Origin: Squalus acanthias
Taxonomy: Eukaryota
Length of the DNA: 64,000 nucleotides
NCBI GenBank assembly: GCA_030390025.1
Contig: CM059441.1
Coordinates: 41,788,001 to 41,852,000, forward strand
Direction of reading: 5' to 3'
Of the stretch, positions 1 to 14,005 are shown one piece after another. Below the pieces are notes generated by a model. The model was not told the origin of the DNA and did no database searches. It was given only the letters and a program-made list of their open reading frames with translations. Position numbers and translations under genes: made by a program. Each line of letters opens with the position of its first letter. Positions within the stretch are counted from its first letter, which is position 1.

Positions 1-1164
1 TAAAGATATGTCTAAACCCCCCCCCGCCCCCCTTCTCCTCCCAAATAAGTTTGCAGTGCTGTTGCTTTGTACAGAAATCTGCGCTTTCATCTGAAAGTGA
101 GGGGAATGGGAGAAGGAAAGGACATTGAAGCATTCTAACCGTGAAGAGAATTTGTTCCCAAATCTTGTTTACACAGACCAGAGTTAAGATGTAATCTTGT
201 AAGATTTAATTCTATTCTGAGGTTAAATTCTCTGAGCTATTGGGGGAGGGAAAATAACTCCCAATACTTTTTCCTTGTAAAATGTTTATTCGTTGCACTT
301 TTTTGGGGCACCACTATTGCAGATTAGATTATTTTTGAGATGACTCTTCAGTGCGTACAAATGTGAATTAAAAAACTTAAATTCAAAACCAGCATTTGCA
401 TGTATTCTATTCACTTAAGTGGAATAGGTTGCGTGTTTGTGAAGGATTAAGCTGTTCAACCGACGCATTTTATCAGGATTATAGACCAATTGCAGTCATT
501 GTGTGATTTCTATTTCAAAAATGTACTAAGTTGCAGCAAGTTCAAGATAATAGCCTGAAGTGTACAATGTGTTCACTGGTTCATGTTACAAACAGGGAAG
601 CTGAAGTGAAGGAAAATACTTGGTGCCTCAAACTGTACTTGCCCATGTTCACACAACTGACATTCTTTCCTTCCCCCAGCATAATTGAGGAAAATTAGTG
701 TGTGGCGCTCGAGACTCGACTGCACATGGCATTTATGTATATATGTTATTTGACTACATTTAGGGGGCGTTTTGTTCGTTTTTGCTCTCCATTGCGTTCA
801 CATAACTATTTATCTGGGGAGCATTTTGTTCCTTAGTTCTTTTCTGCCAAGCATTTGCATTGATCATTTTATCCCACAATGTAAAGTTAAACTTCCAAAT
901 GTTGTGGGGTTCAAACCTCTGTGAACCAAATATACCGCGATACTCAGTCCAGTAAAGAGAAGTTGCTGCTTATTTTTTTTTAAATAAAGCTTGATAAAAA
1001 TGCCTAACCTGGATGCATTCATTGCTGAATGCTGTATACTAAACTCCGAAATAAAATAAAAAATTGGATATCGGTTGTGATAATCATTGACTATTGTGAT
1101 TTGATTAAAATGTAGTGACTTGTAATGTGGCGCCTTACTTCCTCATATTATCCCTTATTTATTT

Positions 1165-1685
1165 TGGTAGGAAGGATATCTAAGCTTTAGAGAGGGTACA
1201 ACGCAAACTCACCAGGATGTTGCCTGGTACGAGGAAATTCAATACAAAGACTCAAAGTTGATCTCTTTTGTTATAACAATGCAGATTGCAGGGAGATGTA
1301 ATAGAAGTTTTTAAATTATGAAAGGCTGGCGCAGGGTAGATAGAAGCATGCCTATTTATCTATTGTTTCCAGTAGTTGAGGGGTCAAGAACAAGGAGCCA
1401 TAGAATCAAGCTTAAATGTGTTAGATTTAAAACCGAGGGCAGAAGAAACTTCTTCACATGGAGTTGTAAAACTGCAGAATTCACTTCCAAGGTTAGTGGT
1501 TGGGGCAGAAACTATGTCAGCATTGAAGATTAGATTGGATAGGTGAATGAAGGAAAAGTGGTTAACTGATATGGAAACAGGGTGGGTAAACCTGATTAGA
1601 ACTATTTGCTCGCATGGAGGGTAAACGTCGACACGGACTGGTTGTGCTGAATAGACTGTTTCCACGCTGTAATTTCTATGTATGC
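1165..1685 (+). mobile_element. CR1 LINE 3' fragment (degenerate)
   Basis: ALERVQR...LFPVVEGSRTRSH...RRNFFT coding remnants. Tail ...ctgtaatttctatg. Confidence 0.8.
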
Positions 1686-2697
1686 CTGAAGAACCAAGTA
1701 AAATGGAGAGTTTCAGGGCTAACCTTGTGGCTGAGTTGGTAAATGGCCTGTAATACTTGACCATTTAAGAAAAACAAAGGTCAAAGACTTGATCCATGAT
1801 CTGTGCTAACTTATCTAAGCAAGGTGGTGGCATAGTACTACAAATAGTCTTGATGTCTTAATTTTGCCAGTCACAATCCAGTGATGCCCTCCCCTCCCCC
1901 GGCTCAAACTTCTGCTGGAAAAGACACGTTTAGATGTTTGGCTGGGACAAGAATAAACTGGATAGTACTCCTCACAGGTGGACAGCGAGCTGATAAAGAA
2001 TGATTTACTGAAATGAGCGACACAAAGTTGTGCTTGTGAATCAGTAGTGTCATGAATCAACAACAGGAGAACGTGTCTTGCGGAGTTTCTAATTAATGTG
2101 TAAATTCCAAATTTGGTAAATGTCAAATCTCTCAACGTGGCCCTAAATATCAAGGAGCCGACGAGTGTTGCTACCTTTTACGTTGCAAGAGTTGTCTAAG
2201 GCAGTGAATATCTTCTGCTAATGGTCTGCCATTTTCCATCTGACTGTAGCCATCCGTATGCTTTTAGAATTGCTAGCCTGTACAGATCTTTTCTGACACT
2301 GGGGAAGATCCTGACTATATTCAGTCACAATCACAACTTTGCACAAACTGCATCATTTAGATATGTTTAATGGCAAAATCACATTTGCAATTTTGGAGTA
2401 ACTGTATATGTGCAGTGTTCCTATTGCCACGTGTGCCTCACAGCATGCACAGGGTCTATTGGCACCAATGGGAGCTTGTGCAATACTGAACCATTGCAAT
2501 ATTGAGGTGCATGAGTGGCCTCATTTCTGAATATTTACATTTAGCTAGACATCTGCCTACAGAGTGAAAAATAAAAATACTTGCGTTTATGATGCTTCCG
2601 ATCCTGTCAATGTCTCAAGTATCTAACGCATTATTTTTATGATATTTAGTGATTATTGTTACATAGGCAAATGTGCCAGTGTTTTCTAGTCGGCTGA

Positions 2698-3160
2698 GTG
2701 TCAGCTTGGCCCAGGTGGTAATATTCCTGCCTTTGAGTCAGAAGGTTTATGTTCAAATCCTACTCCTGGATTTAAGCACTTAATCTAGGCTGAGATTCCA
2801 GTATGGTACTGAGGGAGTGCTGCATTGTCGGAGGTAATGCCCTTCAGTTGAAATGGTAAACCATTGCTTGTTGTAGTTTTGGTTGGCTTAAAAGATCCCA
2901 TGTCACTTTTCAAAGAAAAAAACAGGAGTACTGTTTGCATTTAGATTAGTGTTCCTCCCTCAGTCAATGCCATTTAATTAAAAAAAAAAACACCCCGATT
3001 AACTGGTTATTCATCCTGCTTTTTGTGGAATTTGGAATGTCCAAAATGGTAGCTTTGTTTACATAAGCAGTCATTTTCCCTTTAAAAGTAATTGTCTTTT
3101 GATGTACTTTGGGTTGTTTCTGAATAAATGTGATAAGACTATAGGTATCTGCAGGTCTCT
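2698..3160 (+). mobile_element. Degenerate DeuSINE copy
   Basis: gagtcagaagg...ttcaaatcc...ctgagggagtgctgcattgtcggagg shared with the 9168 and 30822 copies. Confidence 0.7.
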
Positions 3161-4759
3161 CCTAAATACGCAATTAATTTGTAATCTTTCTTGTTGACGC
3201 AATTGTTCAAATTTTAACTGAAAATGTATGGAGTTAAAGGTTAATGGTTCTCAGTATTTTCTAGGTTACACTGTAATAAAACAGACATTTTGTGGTTCTT
3301 GCTCTTGTTGGGATTTTTTTTGCTGTTGGTTTTTATGATTCTCTATGTACAGCGCTTGCATTCAGACTTTCTAACCTATAACTAGGTATTAAAATGCATA
3401 CGAGTGGCCTACTTGTAACCCAAGGCGAGCAATTACAGATGTGTTCAATTTGCAGGGTGTTTTTTTTGAGCATATGACCAATCTGCTTATGACTGGAAAT
3501 GAAGCTCGCACTTCTGACTCATGCAGGAAAGTGTGTTTTTGCAACACTTCATCCTGTATACAGTGTATGGTTTGAGCAAGAATGCTTTGAGGTCACAGTT
3601 TTGAGTGGTCTTGTACTTTCCATTACACTGCATTATTGTACAGCCACCTCGTTCTTGTAACATTAAAACCTTGAAAAAGTTTTTTTTTTTTTTTTTTAGA
3701 GAAGTACAGGGTTGTGCATTTAAAAACCAGATCCATTTAAATAGAACGTGAGAAAACTGTAAGCGTGTGTTGATTGGTTGATTTTCCTCCCCATTTCCCT
3801 TTTTCTGATCCTTTTCAGAAGAACACACATCCAGAAGTGCTACACTTTTCCAAAAAGTGGATGGGGGGAATATTCTAACATATCTGGAGTGTAGGTTTAT
3901 CTGTGCTTTGCGAGTAACTGACTTTTTGCAAATTATTAAATAAAAGTCATAAAAACCTAAAGTTCTTGTTTACAGTTTGCAAAATGCAGGTAATCTCTTA
4001 ACTTACTTTCCCTTGTGATTTCTAACTGAGTGGAAAAATGTGCCAAAGTATTGCACAAAAATGTTCGTCTAATCTGAACAACTGCCTAATGGCTGAGGCA
4101 CAGAACAATTTCATAATTTTTGAGAAGAGGCGAGAATGATAAAGACCAGCAAAAAATTGCTACTAGCGGTAATTGATTCAAATATTAGTATTGCATTAGG
4201 TACAGTACAACTCAACTGTTGGCTAAAGAAACACCCAAGTTGGCAGGCTCCCAGCTTGAACCTCTGCCTACAATTTCTAGAATTTGATATGATTGACACA
4301 AAGATTAGCCATTCACAGAGCATGCCAGGAATTGCCATTTGTAAGTCCTGTCCCTTTTAATAGAAAATTACTGAATGAAAACCCCAGGCAAACCATTTTG
4401 AGTAACTGTAATTTTATTTGTACAAAACACCAGAGCAAGGTAAAGCATGAAATCAACTTTTCTAAGGTAATTTTGAAAGTAAAAACGTGTGTAATATATA
4501 TTACCAGATGCGTTGATAGTCCAGAAAAAGCTGAACATTAATACAGTTGAGGAGAAAACTGGCAAGCGGGAAAGGACTCTGAGCAGGATCCTTATTTTTT
4601 GCAATGTATTCTAAATCGTTACATTGTTTTATTTAGTTTTTTTGAACAGTGATTTTGGAAGGACTGCAACATTAATCAAGATTGGAAGGTGATTCTCAAT
4701 GCAAGTTCTGAATTTAAATGTTTACATTTATCTTTACAAGTTATTCTAAATGTTTAGTG

Positions 4760-6620
4760 CTTTTCTAATAGAAAACCATTACAAGGTACTTCACAGAGGC
4801 ATAATCTGACAAAGATGGACCCTGAGGCAAAGAAGGAGACATTAGTAGGGGTGACCAAATGCTTGATCAAAAAGATGGGTTTTAGGGACAGTCTTAAAGG
4901 AGAGGGAAGTGAGGAGGTGGAGGGAAATCAGAGGATGGGCCTAGATGGCTGAACAGTGGTGAAGTGAAGCGAGGGAACGATGCACGAGGCCAGAGTTCTT
5001 GGGTGGAGGTGGAGGCATGTGGGTGTAGAGCTGGAGTAAGGAGAGGTAAAGCTATGAAGGGATTTAAACACTGGGATGAAAATTTTAAACTGGAGGGTAG
5101 GGAGCCAATGTAGGTCAGCAAAGACAGGAGTGATGGGACTTGGTACGGGATAGAATACAGACAGCAGAATTCTGGATACGTTTATGTTTATGGAGGATAG
5201 GAGTATGGTCAGGAGGGCATTGAAATAGTCGAGTCTGAAGGTGACAAAGGGATGGATGAGAATTTCAGCAGCAGATGGGCTGAAGCAGGCACTGTTACAT
5301 AGTATGGAAGTAGGTGATCTTTGTGATGGCGAGACCATTATGAACAGTCTGGCTCAACTTGAGAGACAGTGACCAAGCAGGGGTATGGAATAAATCATGG
5401 GTGCAGAGTTCGTGGGGGGGGCCTAAGACAATAGCTTTGGTTTTCACAATATTTAACTGCAGATAATTGTGGCTCATCCAAGACTGAATGTTGGGCAAAC
5501 GGTCCAACAACAGAGGCCGTGGTCGTGAGAGGTGGTGGAGTGGTAGAGCTCGATGTCTCCAGCATGCATGCGGAAGCTAGCCCCATGTCTTCAAATGATG
5601 TTGCCAAAGGGACAACATGTAGCTGAGGGGAGGCAAGGGTAGATCCTCGGGGGACTCTGAGATAAGGATGCGGAGGCATGAAATGGAGGCATTGCTGGAG
5701 ATGCTCTGACTGCAATTTTATAGGTGAGAGTAGAACCAAGTGAGGCCAGTGCATTGAGCTGGACAATTGAGGTGAGGCATTAGAGGAGACTGGCGTTGTC
5801 TACCATGTCAAAGGTTGCAGAGAGGTTGAGGGCAAGGAGGAAAAATGCACCGCGTGACTTTGATTAGTATTGTTTCAGTGCTGAGCCGGGGCGGAAACCA
5901 GATCGGTGCGATTCAAGCATGGTGTTGCAAGAAGGATGGGCACTGAATTGAGCGGCAACATGTTCAAGAACTTTGGAGAGGAAAAGGAGGTTGGAGATGG
6001 GGGTGGGGGGTAATTTGCAAGAACAGAGGGGGTAAGGGTGGGTTTTTTGAGGGGTGGTGATTGTTTTGAAAAAGAGGGAGACAGTTTCTAGAGTGGGAAC
6101 CATTTAGAATGTCAGCTAGCATGGCGGCCAGGAAGGGAAGTTGGGTGGTCAGCAGTTTAGTGGAGTGAGGTCAATGGAGGTGGGTCTCGTGGACAAGATG
6201 AGCTCGCAGGACGGGAGGTGGAGAAACTAAGGAAGGATATGGGATCAGTGGTAGGGTTGGGGGGAGGTCTGGCTTGGTGGATAAGGGGCAGAGGCAGTAT
6301 AACTGATGGTCTCAATCTTAGTGACATAGGAGTCCATGAGCTTCTCGCTCTTGTTGGAAGTAAGAATCGAGAGGGGTTTAAGGAAATGGTTGGCAATGGA
6401 TAAAAGAAGCGGGGTTTTATCTTTGCTCTCCAGGAGAATCCTGGAGTAATTGGTAGTTTTGATAGTGCTCGATGTGGTCCAGCCAGGTTGGATGGCGAGC
6501 AAGTTGTGCACCAGATACACTCAAGTCTGAGTCCCTTGGACTTGAGGAAGAGAAGATGGAGGCTATACTAAGGGGAAATGACCAGGATGGGAGAGTTTTT
6601 AGTGGACAAGGGCATCAAAG
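4760..6620 (-). mobile_element. Degenerate L2-clade LINE fragment
   Basis: Frameshifted ORF pieces PISNLLFLSKVLEHV..SGFRP, WMSHNYLQLNIVKTKAI and AEILIHPFVTFRLDYFNALL. Confidence 0.85.
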
Positions 6621-8502
6621 GTGGAGGTGAGGGAGTGGTTCTGACTGTTCTTTGAATGCTATTAAGAACAGGAGTGTAGTTCTGCATTGATGCCTTGTTT
6701 TCCCTCTCAACCAGTAATTCATACTTTTAAAAAAAAAACTTTCGAGTGTGTTACTCCTTGCAGCTGACCAGGTGGATGGTAACTTAATCTTGATCTCTGC
6801 CAGTATCTCGTGGGAGGTGTTGGGGAGGAGCTCTAGAGTAACTGCATTTATCCTATCCTGAGACAAATCATCTAACCTTTGCTCAAAGCCTTGCCAAACC
6901 AAAGTGGTTGAGAGCAAGAACTTGGTGACATTCGATCAGATCTGAATTCCACCACCCCATGGGTCTATATGTGATGGTGTTCAAGTGCAAAACTCAAATC
7001 TGTTAATATTTCTTGTAGGATCAAGCAGTTTGACAAAATTGTGACATTATTAAATGTTGTAAAATCTACGTTCTTCATTTTGTATGCTAATCGTCAATAT
7101 GTTTTGCATAATTACTTAAAGAAAATTGGCAGAGTGCAGGTGAAATTGTTTTGCAGTATAAATGGAGTGGTTTCGCAAAGATATATCTTTTGAATACTTA
7201 GAGCCACATCCTGAATATAACTGAGCATAAACAAACTGCAAGTAGGTTAGATTGCATTTACCTTACTAGGATATTGAATTTAGCTAAAGTAATACAGTAT
7301 TATTGATGAAGAAACAACTTTTTTTTTAATCTTGGTTAATATTCACCTCTGAATTCCCTAGACCAAACTATTTGACTTGTTCTCAGGCCTCTGCCAATGC
7401 TGCTTTTGAGCTAACTTGGGATGTGCATAGTCCACTTCTTCTGAGCACCATACCCCAATTTGAGATAAGCTTGCTGTGTGAAATCATCCTGTGGTGCATT
7501 AATGCCCTGTTGCACCACACTGGTATGTGCAAAGATTGCCTTCACGTTCATATGTTTCAATATGTAGAAAAACTGTCTTTTCTGGTACGTTATAAATATT
7601 CACTTGAGTGTAATGCTTGTTTTTGCTCTCTATGCTGCTGCCATGAGGACTCTGAATTAAAGCTGCAGGACCAGTAGCTGGCTGACCAAATTACTACCGT
7701 CATTTAAACTAAACAGGTGGCCTAGAGGCAGTTTGTCTAAAGCCTCCGCAAAAGAGTCTTGTTTTATACAACATTGTGGCTGCTTCAGCGACGTTGCCGC
7801 CATAGTACCAAATTCCAGCAGTCTCTGTGCTATGGATTCATGCTCACTAGAAACTAGGTTGAGACTCATGATTTAGGATCCTTAGAGAGCCGATGCAGAT
7901 ACTGCTTGGATTCCAACCTTCATTAAGGTGAAAGGTGCACTAAAATTCCCTACGCCACCTAGTCCTTTTTATTTAAAAAAAAAATACAGGTCCCTCAGTA
8001 GTTCACTGGATAAAGCCAACATGTAACTAAGCCATACAGACCAGAGGGTCCCAGGTCAATTTCCTGCTCGCTACTAACTTAGCTGATCTCCGCACAGCGG
8101 CAGTAAAGATTCTACAACTGAACTCAATAACCCTGGGTGGGGGGGGGAAATTGGTTAAGATTCCAATTCCTGATCGCATCCAAATGATCTCTGCTAGGAA
8201 GTGCGCATGTGGTCCTCGGGTGAGCACAGGATTGGGCCGGCTTTGATATCCTGCAAACGCTCACTCTGTCTTGGGTTCCAAAGGACATGCAGCAACTGTG
8301 GATACGCGCAGTCCACATCTTGAAAGGAGGAGGGAGGGGGAATATAGAAAGTCTGATTTGAGTTTGTGAATTTACGTAATGCCTAGTCAAGTATGGTCAC
8401 ATTACACTTTCAATCCAGGATTCAGGTATGCAGCACACAGTTTAAAAAGGCACACCAAGATCAGTGATGCATTACAATATCGGCTCCATTCGATGCATGT
8501 GC

Positions 8503-8612
8503 ATATTTTTTTTTCATTCACGGGATGTGGGCGTTGCTGGCAAGGCCAGCATTTATTGCCCATCCCTAATTGCCCTCCAGAAGGTGGTGGTGAGCCGCCT
8601 ACCTGAACCGCT
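8503..8612 (-). mobile_element. Short 3' tail of LINE family A
   Basis: ttcattcacgggatgtgggcgttgctggcaaggccagcatttattgcccatccc, nearly the same as 25612-25710. Confidence 0.8.
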
Positions 8613-9167
8613 AGCATATCCAGATTACCTGGAATTCTGCAGCCAAGACCAACTTCTGTCAGAAGCCCAACCAAATTCTGTAACTCAAAAATGTATGTCA
8701 CAGATGTCCAAATTTCAATATTTGTCAACATCCCAATTTCAGTATATCGTATTTTTAAAATGCAGTATAAAACATTGCTAAACTGGTGGCCTTGTTTTAA
8801 AAAAAAAAAAATCAGGCACTTTAAACTGTTTAAAAACAGTTGAATTGTGATTAGCTATTGAGTCCTTGTGGTACATAGCTGTTCACAATAAAATAAGCTC
8901 TTACTACCTGGCTGTGTCTAGAAGACCCTCCTTAAAACCCACATCCTTGACCAACTTTGGCTTGGCATCTATATTCTTCACGTCTCTGAAGCATCTTGCA
9001 GTGTTTACTACTTTAAAAGTAATATATAAATGCAAGTTGTTTGTTGTCTGGTGTTCGTGCTGTTTCCCGCATCCTGTTCAACAGTTAAGACCTGTTCACC
9101 TATCACTCTATCTTCGCAGAATTATATTGGCCGTTTGTCCCCCAAGGCATTGAATTTAAAGCCCTCT

Positions 9168-9618
9168 TCCAGTAGCTCAGTGGTTAGTACTCTCACCTCT
9201 GAATCAGAAGGTTGTGGGTTCAAGTCCCACTTGAGCACAAAAAATCGAGGCTGACACTCCAGTGCAGTGCTGAGGGAATGCTGTACTGTCGGAGGTGCTG
9301 TCTTTCGGATGAGACGTTAAACCGAGGCCCCGTCTGTGCTCTCAGGTGGACGTAAAAGGTCCCATGGCACTATTTCGAAGAAGAGCAGGGAAGTTATCCC
9401 TGGTGTCCTGGCCAATATTTATCCCTCAATCAGCTTCACTGAAACATTATCTGGTCATTATCACATTGCTGTTTGTGGGAGCTTTCTGTGCGCAAATTGG
9501 CTGCCACGTTTCCTACATTACAACAGTGACTACACTTCAAAAAGTACTTCATTGGCTGTAAAGTGCTTTGAGATGTTGTGAAAGGCGCTATATAAATGCA
9601 AGTCTTTCTTTCCTTTCT
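9168..9618 (+). mobile_element. DeuSINE (SacSINE1-like) tRNA-derived SINE, near full length
   Basis: tRNA-like head with A box (tagctcagtgg) and B box (ggttcaagtcc). Deu-domain-like core (...ggtgtcctggccaatatttatccctc...). L2-like tail gcgctatataaatgcaag followed by (cttt)n. Confidence 0.85.
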
Positions 9619-9619
9619 A

Positions 9620-9900
9620 GCTTTCATCGCTCTCTATGACCTTGCCACGCCCTATCTCTGCATCCTCCTCTCACAATCCTTTGCCACCCATCTCTGGCCT
9701 TCTGTGCATCATCGTTCCCTTCTTTACCCCCCCACCCCCCCAACCACCCCCGACTTCCTAGTCCTACCACTGCTGGCAGAGCCTTCAAACCTAATCTCTG
9801 GAAAACCCTCCCTAAACCCCTACGCCACTTTACTTCAATACTCACCGTAAACCTATTCTTAAAATTCATCTTTTCAGCCAAGCTTTGCAACAACTTCTTA
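9620..9900 (+). mobile_element. L2 3' fragment adjacent to the SINE
   Basis: Similar to the L2 3' region at 43560-43930. Confidence 0.6.
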
Positions 9901-12900
9901 CACTCATAATTCAGCTCATTGTCTGCTCCATTTATTCTGTTTTATATTTTATTCTCCTCCCCCACCCCATCCCATCTTTATCAACATGATAAAGAAAGGT
10001 TTACTCTTCTGGTGTTGACTGTTGTTCAGAGCTTGAAATTGAAAGACGTGAGCCCATCTTACCCTTTTTGCTTTGTTCTGTTCAGTTCCACTAATTTTCC
10101 AGCTCTAACAGAGTTCACATCCACAATATTAACCTGTCGTTTGTCTTTACCAGTGCTGTGTATTTCTCGTGTTTTCTGGATTAAAGCCAGTTCCTGCACC
10201 AGGCTACCATTTGGTCTTTCTTTGCATATTTAAAAAAAAAATTGCTGGCTGTCCCGTATTGTTTCACCAGCTGCTGTTCTTTTGTCTGCCAGTAGAACAT
10301 TTCATACCCAATTTAAACTTGATATGTATTTGTGTGTGTTTATGTCTGTAACCATCCACAGAGAGACGTGTCTTCAAGCTAATAGTTGGGGAGGGTAATT
10401 TTGTAGATTTCTGAAAAATCCAGGTGCGCAGTGAAATGCAGTTGCTTTGTAAACTGAAGTTGCTGACTTTGTAAAATGATAGTGCTGGCATGTATTGATC
10501 CTCTAATATATCAAGACTTGATGCTGGCCTGTTAGATGAGCAGCAGCAGTCTTGAACCAGGGCTGGGACAATCTGAAGTGACTGGTCTATTTGCCCAATG
10601 TTTTTCCTGTTTGCAGCTGAGGCGTTTTATAAATCATGTGGAATCTTCTCCAATAAAAATTTGTGCAGCATTTTGGACTGCTGCTGTTTGATGTGGAGGG
10701 CAGAGGTTTGGCCTCTTACCTGCTTCATCCCACCTTGGCCGCACTTTTACAGGAAGACCAGTTGATGTAGTGAGGAGGCATACTGGAAGGGAAGTTGTCT
10801 CCAGCCTGTGCTGTCACACCTTCTAACAGCTAGCTAAGAGCAGCATTGGCGCAGGCCTGGGAGTAGGACTTGGGTGGTATGAAGAGCCTGGGAAGAAACT
10901 TGCAGTGTTGGCAATTTTGCTTCCTTTCATCGCAGAGATGTTGTTTACTTGATCTGTGAGTAGTGGTACACTGGGATTGCTAATTTCAGTAAATACCACC
11001 TCCTAACACCAGGTGTGAAGTCTGCAGTTTCTTGAATTCTACATCACACAAAATTACTTTGATGTACTGCGTGAAAACTTCCTACAGAAGTCGCTGCAAT
11101 TCCATTTTGTCTGTTGTCTCTTAAATTAGCCATTAGATAGAGCTAATGCCTTGCTATCAATCCACAACCTCACGTTGAAGCATTATTGGTGCATCAAATT
11201 TTACTTCACATGGACTCAAATCCATTGTTGAACATCAGTTGACTGCTAGTAATACTAAATAAATTTGTGCTGATCACAATGATAGATGCTAAGGAATGGA
11301 ATACTTTACCCAGTGTTATCGTCCATTCTGACACCGGTTAGATGCAGTACCTTTACCCCAGTCTCCAGAGCAGATCTTCTCCTCAGTTCCTTATATATGC
11401 AGTTTTAATTATGCATGTGGACATAGGACTTTATAACGGAGAAGGATGACAGGAAATGTGTGAAGATGTAAGATTTTTAATATATTGTAGAAGTGGTTTA
11501 GGTCCTTACTGTTGAAGTGATTTTCCTGCATTTCTGCAAATTCCCTGAAGTATTTCTGCATGGGAGTATTGATTGTCTGTGGATCAGCGAAATTGCATTT
11601 CTGGTCGTGGAATCTTGGAAATTTTACCAATGAAAGAAGCCATTTGGTCAAATGTGCTGTGCCAGTAACACAATGATGAGAAAACTCACTATTCCACATT
11701 CCGAGTGCACATTTAGTTGAGATTTCAGGTATGTGAACTATACCTGTTGCTTCAAGTTCTAATGCTGAAGCAGAAACTATCTTGGCTTTTTGGGGGAAAA
11801 AAAGTCTAATTTATTTTTAGTTCTCTTGCTAATCCTTTATTAGAAAATATTAAGTAATTTTAAGGATGAACAAATCAACCATGTCCTTGTGCACCATTCC
11901 TCGGAAGAATAGGATAGGATTCACCACTGTTGTAACTGTGTCTATTAAGAGATACATGAGCATAATTAAAAATGTTTTTGATTTCCATCATAAATTACCT
12001 TTTTTTCCAGGTGTATTGGGATTTCTTCCCGAATTCTTTTTCCATTGCTAGATTTGAACAACATTTAAGAGTACAAATTAAAAATGTACATTTCTAGAGA
12101 TATTCTTTCCAATACTTGGTATTTTTCTCTCTCATACTCTTGATATATCCTGCTCTCTCGCTGGCTGTCTCTGCATTTTTCTGTCTCCCTGTCTCCTTCC
12201 CTCTGTTCCCTTTTCTCTTTCCCTTTATTTCCTCGTTTTCACTTTTTTTCTCTCCTTCCCTTTTGCCTTGTTCATGCTCTCTCACCTCAGACGTGCACTC
12301 TCTCGCCTCGCATGCTTTTACTCTCGTTTTCCTTCCCCATCACATATATTCAAAAAAAATGCGTTTTTAGTTTAGCTTTTCTTGTTTTCTTTTGCTTGTT
12401 TCCTTGAATTTTAACAATGTTTCAAATATTTTTGCTGAATGTACTATTTTTTTCTCCCATTTTTGATTGGTAGTTAAAAACCATCATTATGATAAATGAG
12501 ACTGGATTGACTTTTTAAATTCTCTTTTCCCATGTACAAGTGTCTAATTTTCATATAGCGTCTGCCTGAGCTTACAACATTAGGAACTATAGTGTGAACC
12601 CATAATGCTGTAACTCCATGGCCAGCTCATCACAATAGCGATGTGCTGTGCCATCAGGCAATTACTAATGGTCACTAGATTTGATGTTGGACAAATGCAT
12701 TCTGGATTAAACTGTCAGGTGATGCTGTATCCCAGACTAAATGATGATCTCAATAGAAATTGACACTTTAAGTAAACTCTACATCCAGTTTGATGCTTAA
12801 AATGGGGAAATGCAAAAAGTTTGTTTTATATATCACTAGATGAAAAACCTTTACTTCAAAGGATTACAGTCCTCTAGAATCTTTATAGATGTGGCGTTAA

Positions 12901-13117
12901 TGTGAAAAGTAGGACTGTAACAAACTTTGGTGTTAAAAGCTTTTCAGTAACTTGCTTTTATATATTGTGTTCATAGCTGTGTTACCAGTCCTGACTCATG
13001 TTCCTATGGAGGCACTTCCCTGCTGCAGTTTTTACTTTGTGTACTCTAAGCACACAGATTGCAAAGTTCTGAAGGTTCAGTGTGTAGTTCATCCAAAGGG
13101 GGATGCATCATAAGATC

Positions 13118-14005
13118 AAAAGTGGGGATGTTCGCTGATGATTGCAGTGTTCAGTTCCATTTGCAACTCCTCAGATAATGAAGCAGTCCGTGCCCATTCA
13201 GGCTGGGGCTGATCAGTGGCAAGTAACGTTCGTACCACACAAGTGCCAGGCAATGGCTATCTCCAACAAGAGAGAGTCTAGCCATTTCATTCAATGACAT
13301 TCAATGGGATTACCATCGCCGAATCCCCCCACCATCAACATCTGGGGGTCACAATTGACCAGGAACTTAACTGGACCAACCACATAAATACTGTGGCTAC
13401 AAGAGCAGGTCAGAGGCTAGGTATTCTGTGGCGAGTGACTCCCCAAAGCCTTTCCACCATCTACAAGGCAGAAGTCAGGAATGTGTGATGGAATAGCCTC
13501 CACGTGCTTAGAGGAGTGCAGCTCGAACAACACTCAAGCAACTTGACACCATCCAGAACCAACCAGCCCACTTGATTTGCACCCCATCCTTCACCACCTT
13601 AAACATTCACTCTCTCCGCCACCGGCGCACCGTGTCTGCAGTGTGTACAACCTAGAAGATACACTGCAGCAACTCGCCAATGCTTCTTCAACAGCACCTC
13701 CCAATCCCGCGACTCTACCCCATGAAGGACAAGGGCAGCAGGCGCATGGGAGTACCACCACCTGCAAGTTCCCCTCCAAGTCACACACCATCCTGACTTG
13801 GAAATATATCGCTGTTCCTTCATCGTCGCCAGGTCAAAATCCTGGAACTCCCTCCCTAACAGCACTGTAGGAGTACCTTCACCACACGGAATGCAGCGGT
13901 TCAAGAAGGCGGCTCACCACCACCTTCTCGAGGGCAATTAGGGATGGGCAATAAATGCTGGCCTTCCCAGCGACATCCACATCCCATGAATGAATTAAAA
14001 AAAAA
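13118..14005 (+). mobile_element. LINE 3' fragment (CR1/L2-group family A)
   Basis: RT C-terminal pieces (MFADD; LGVTIDQELNWTNHINTVATRAGQRLGILWR). 3' end ...agggcaattagggatgggcaataaatgctggcc...atgaatgaattaaaaaa. Confidence 0.85.

Noticed and set aside
9168-9240. tRNA gene (also at 30825-30890)
   Set aside because: The A/B boxes run directly into a SINE body and tail, and there is no complete cloverleaf acceptor stem.
12094-12370. Low-complexity ORFs on both strands
   Set aside because: They come from a CT-rich low-complexity tract.
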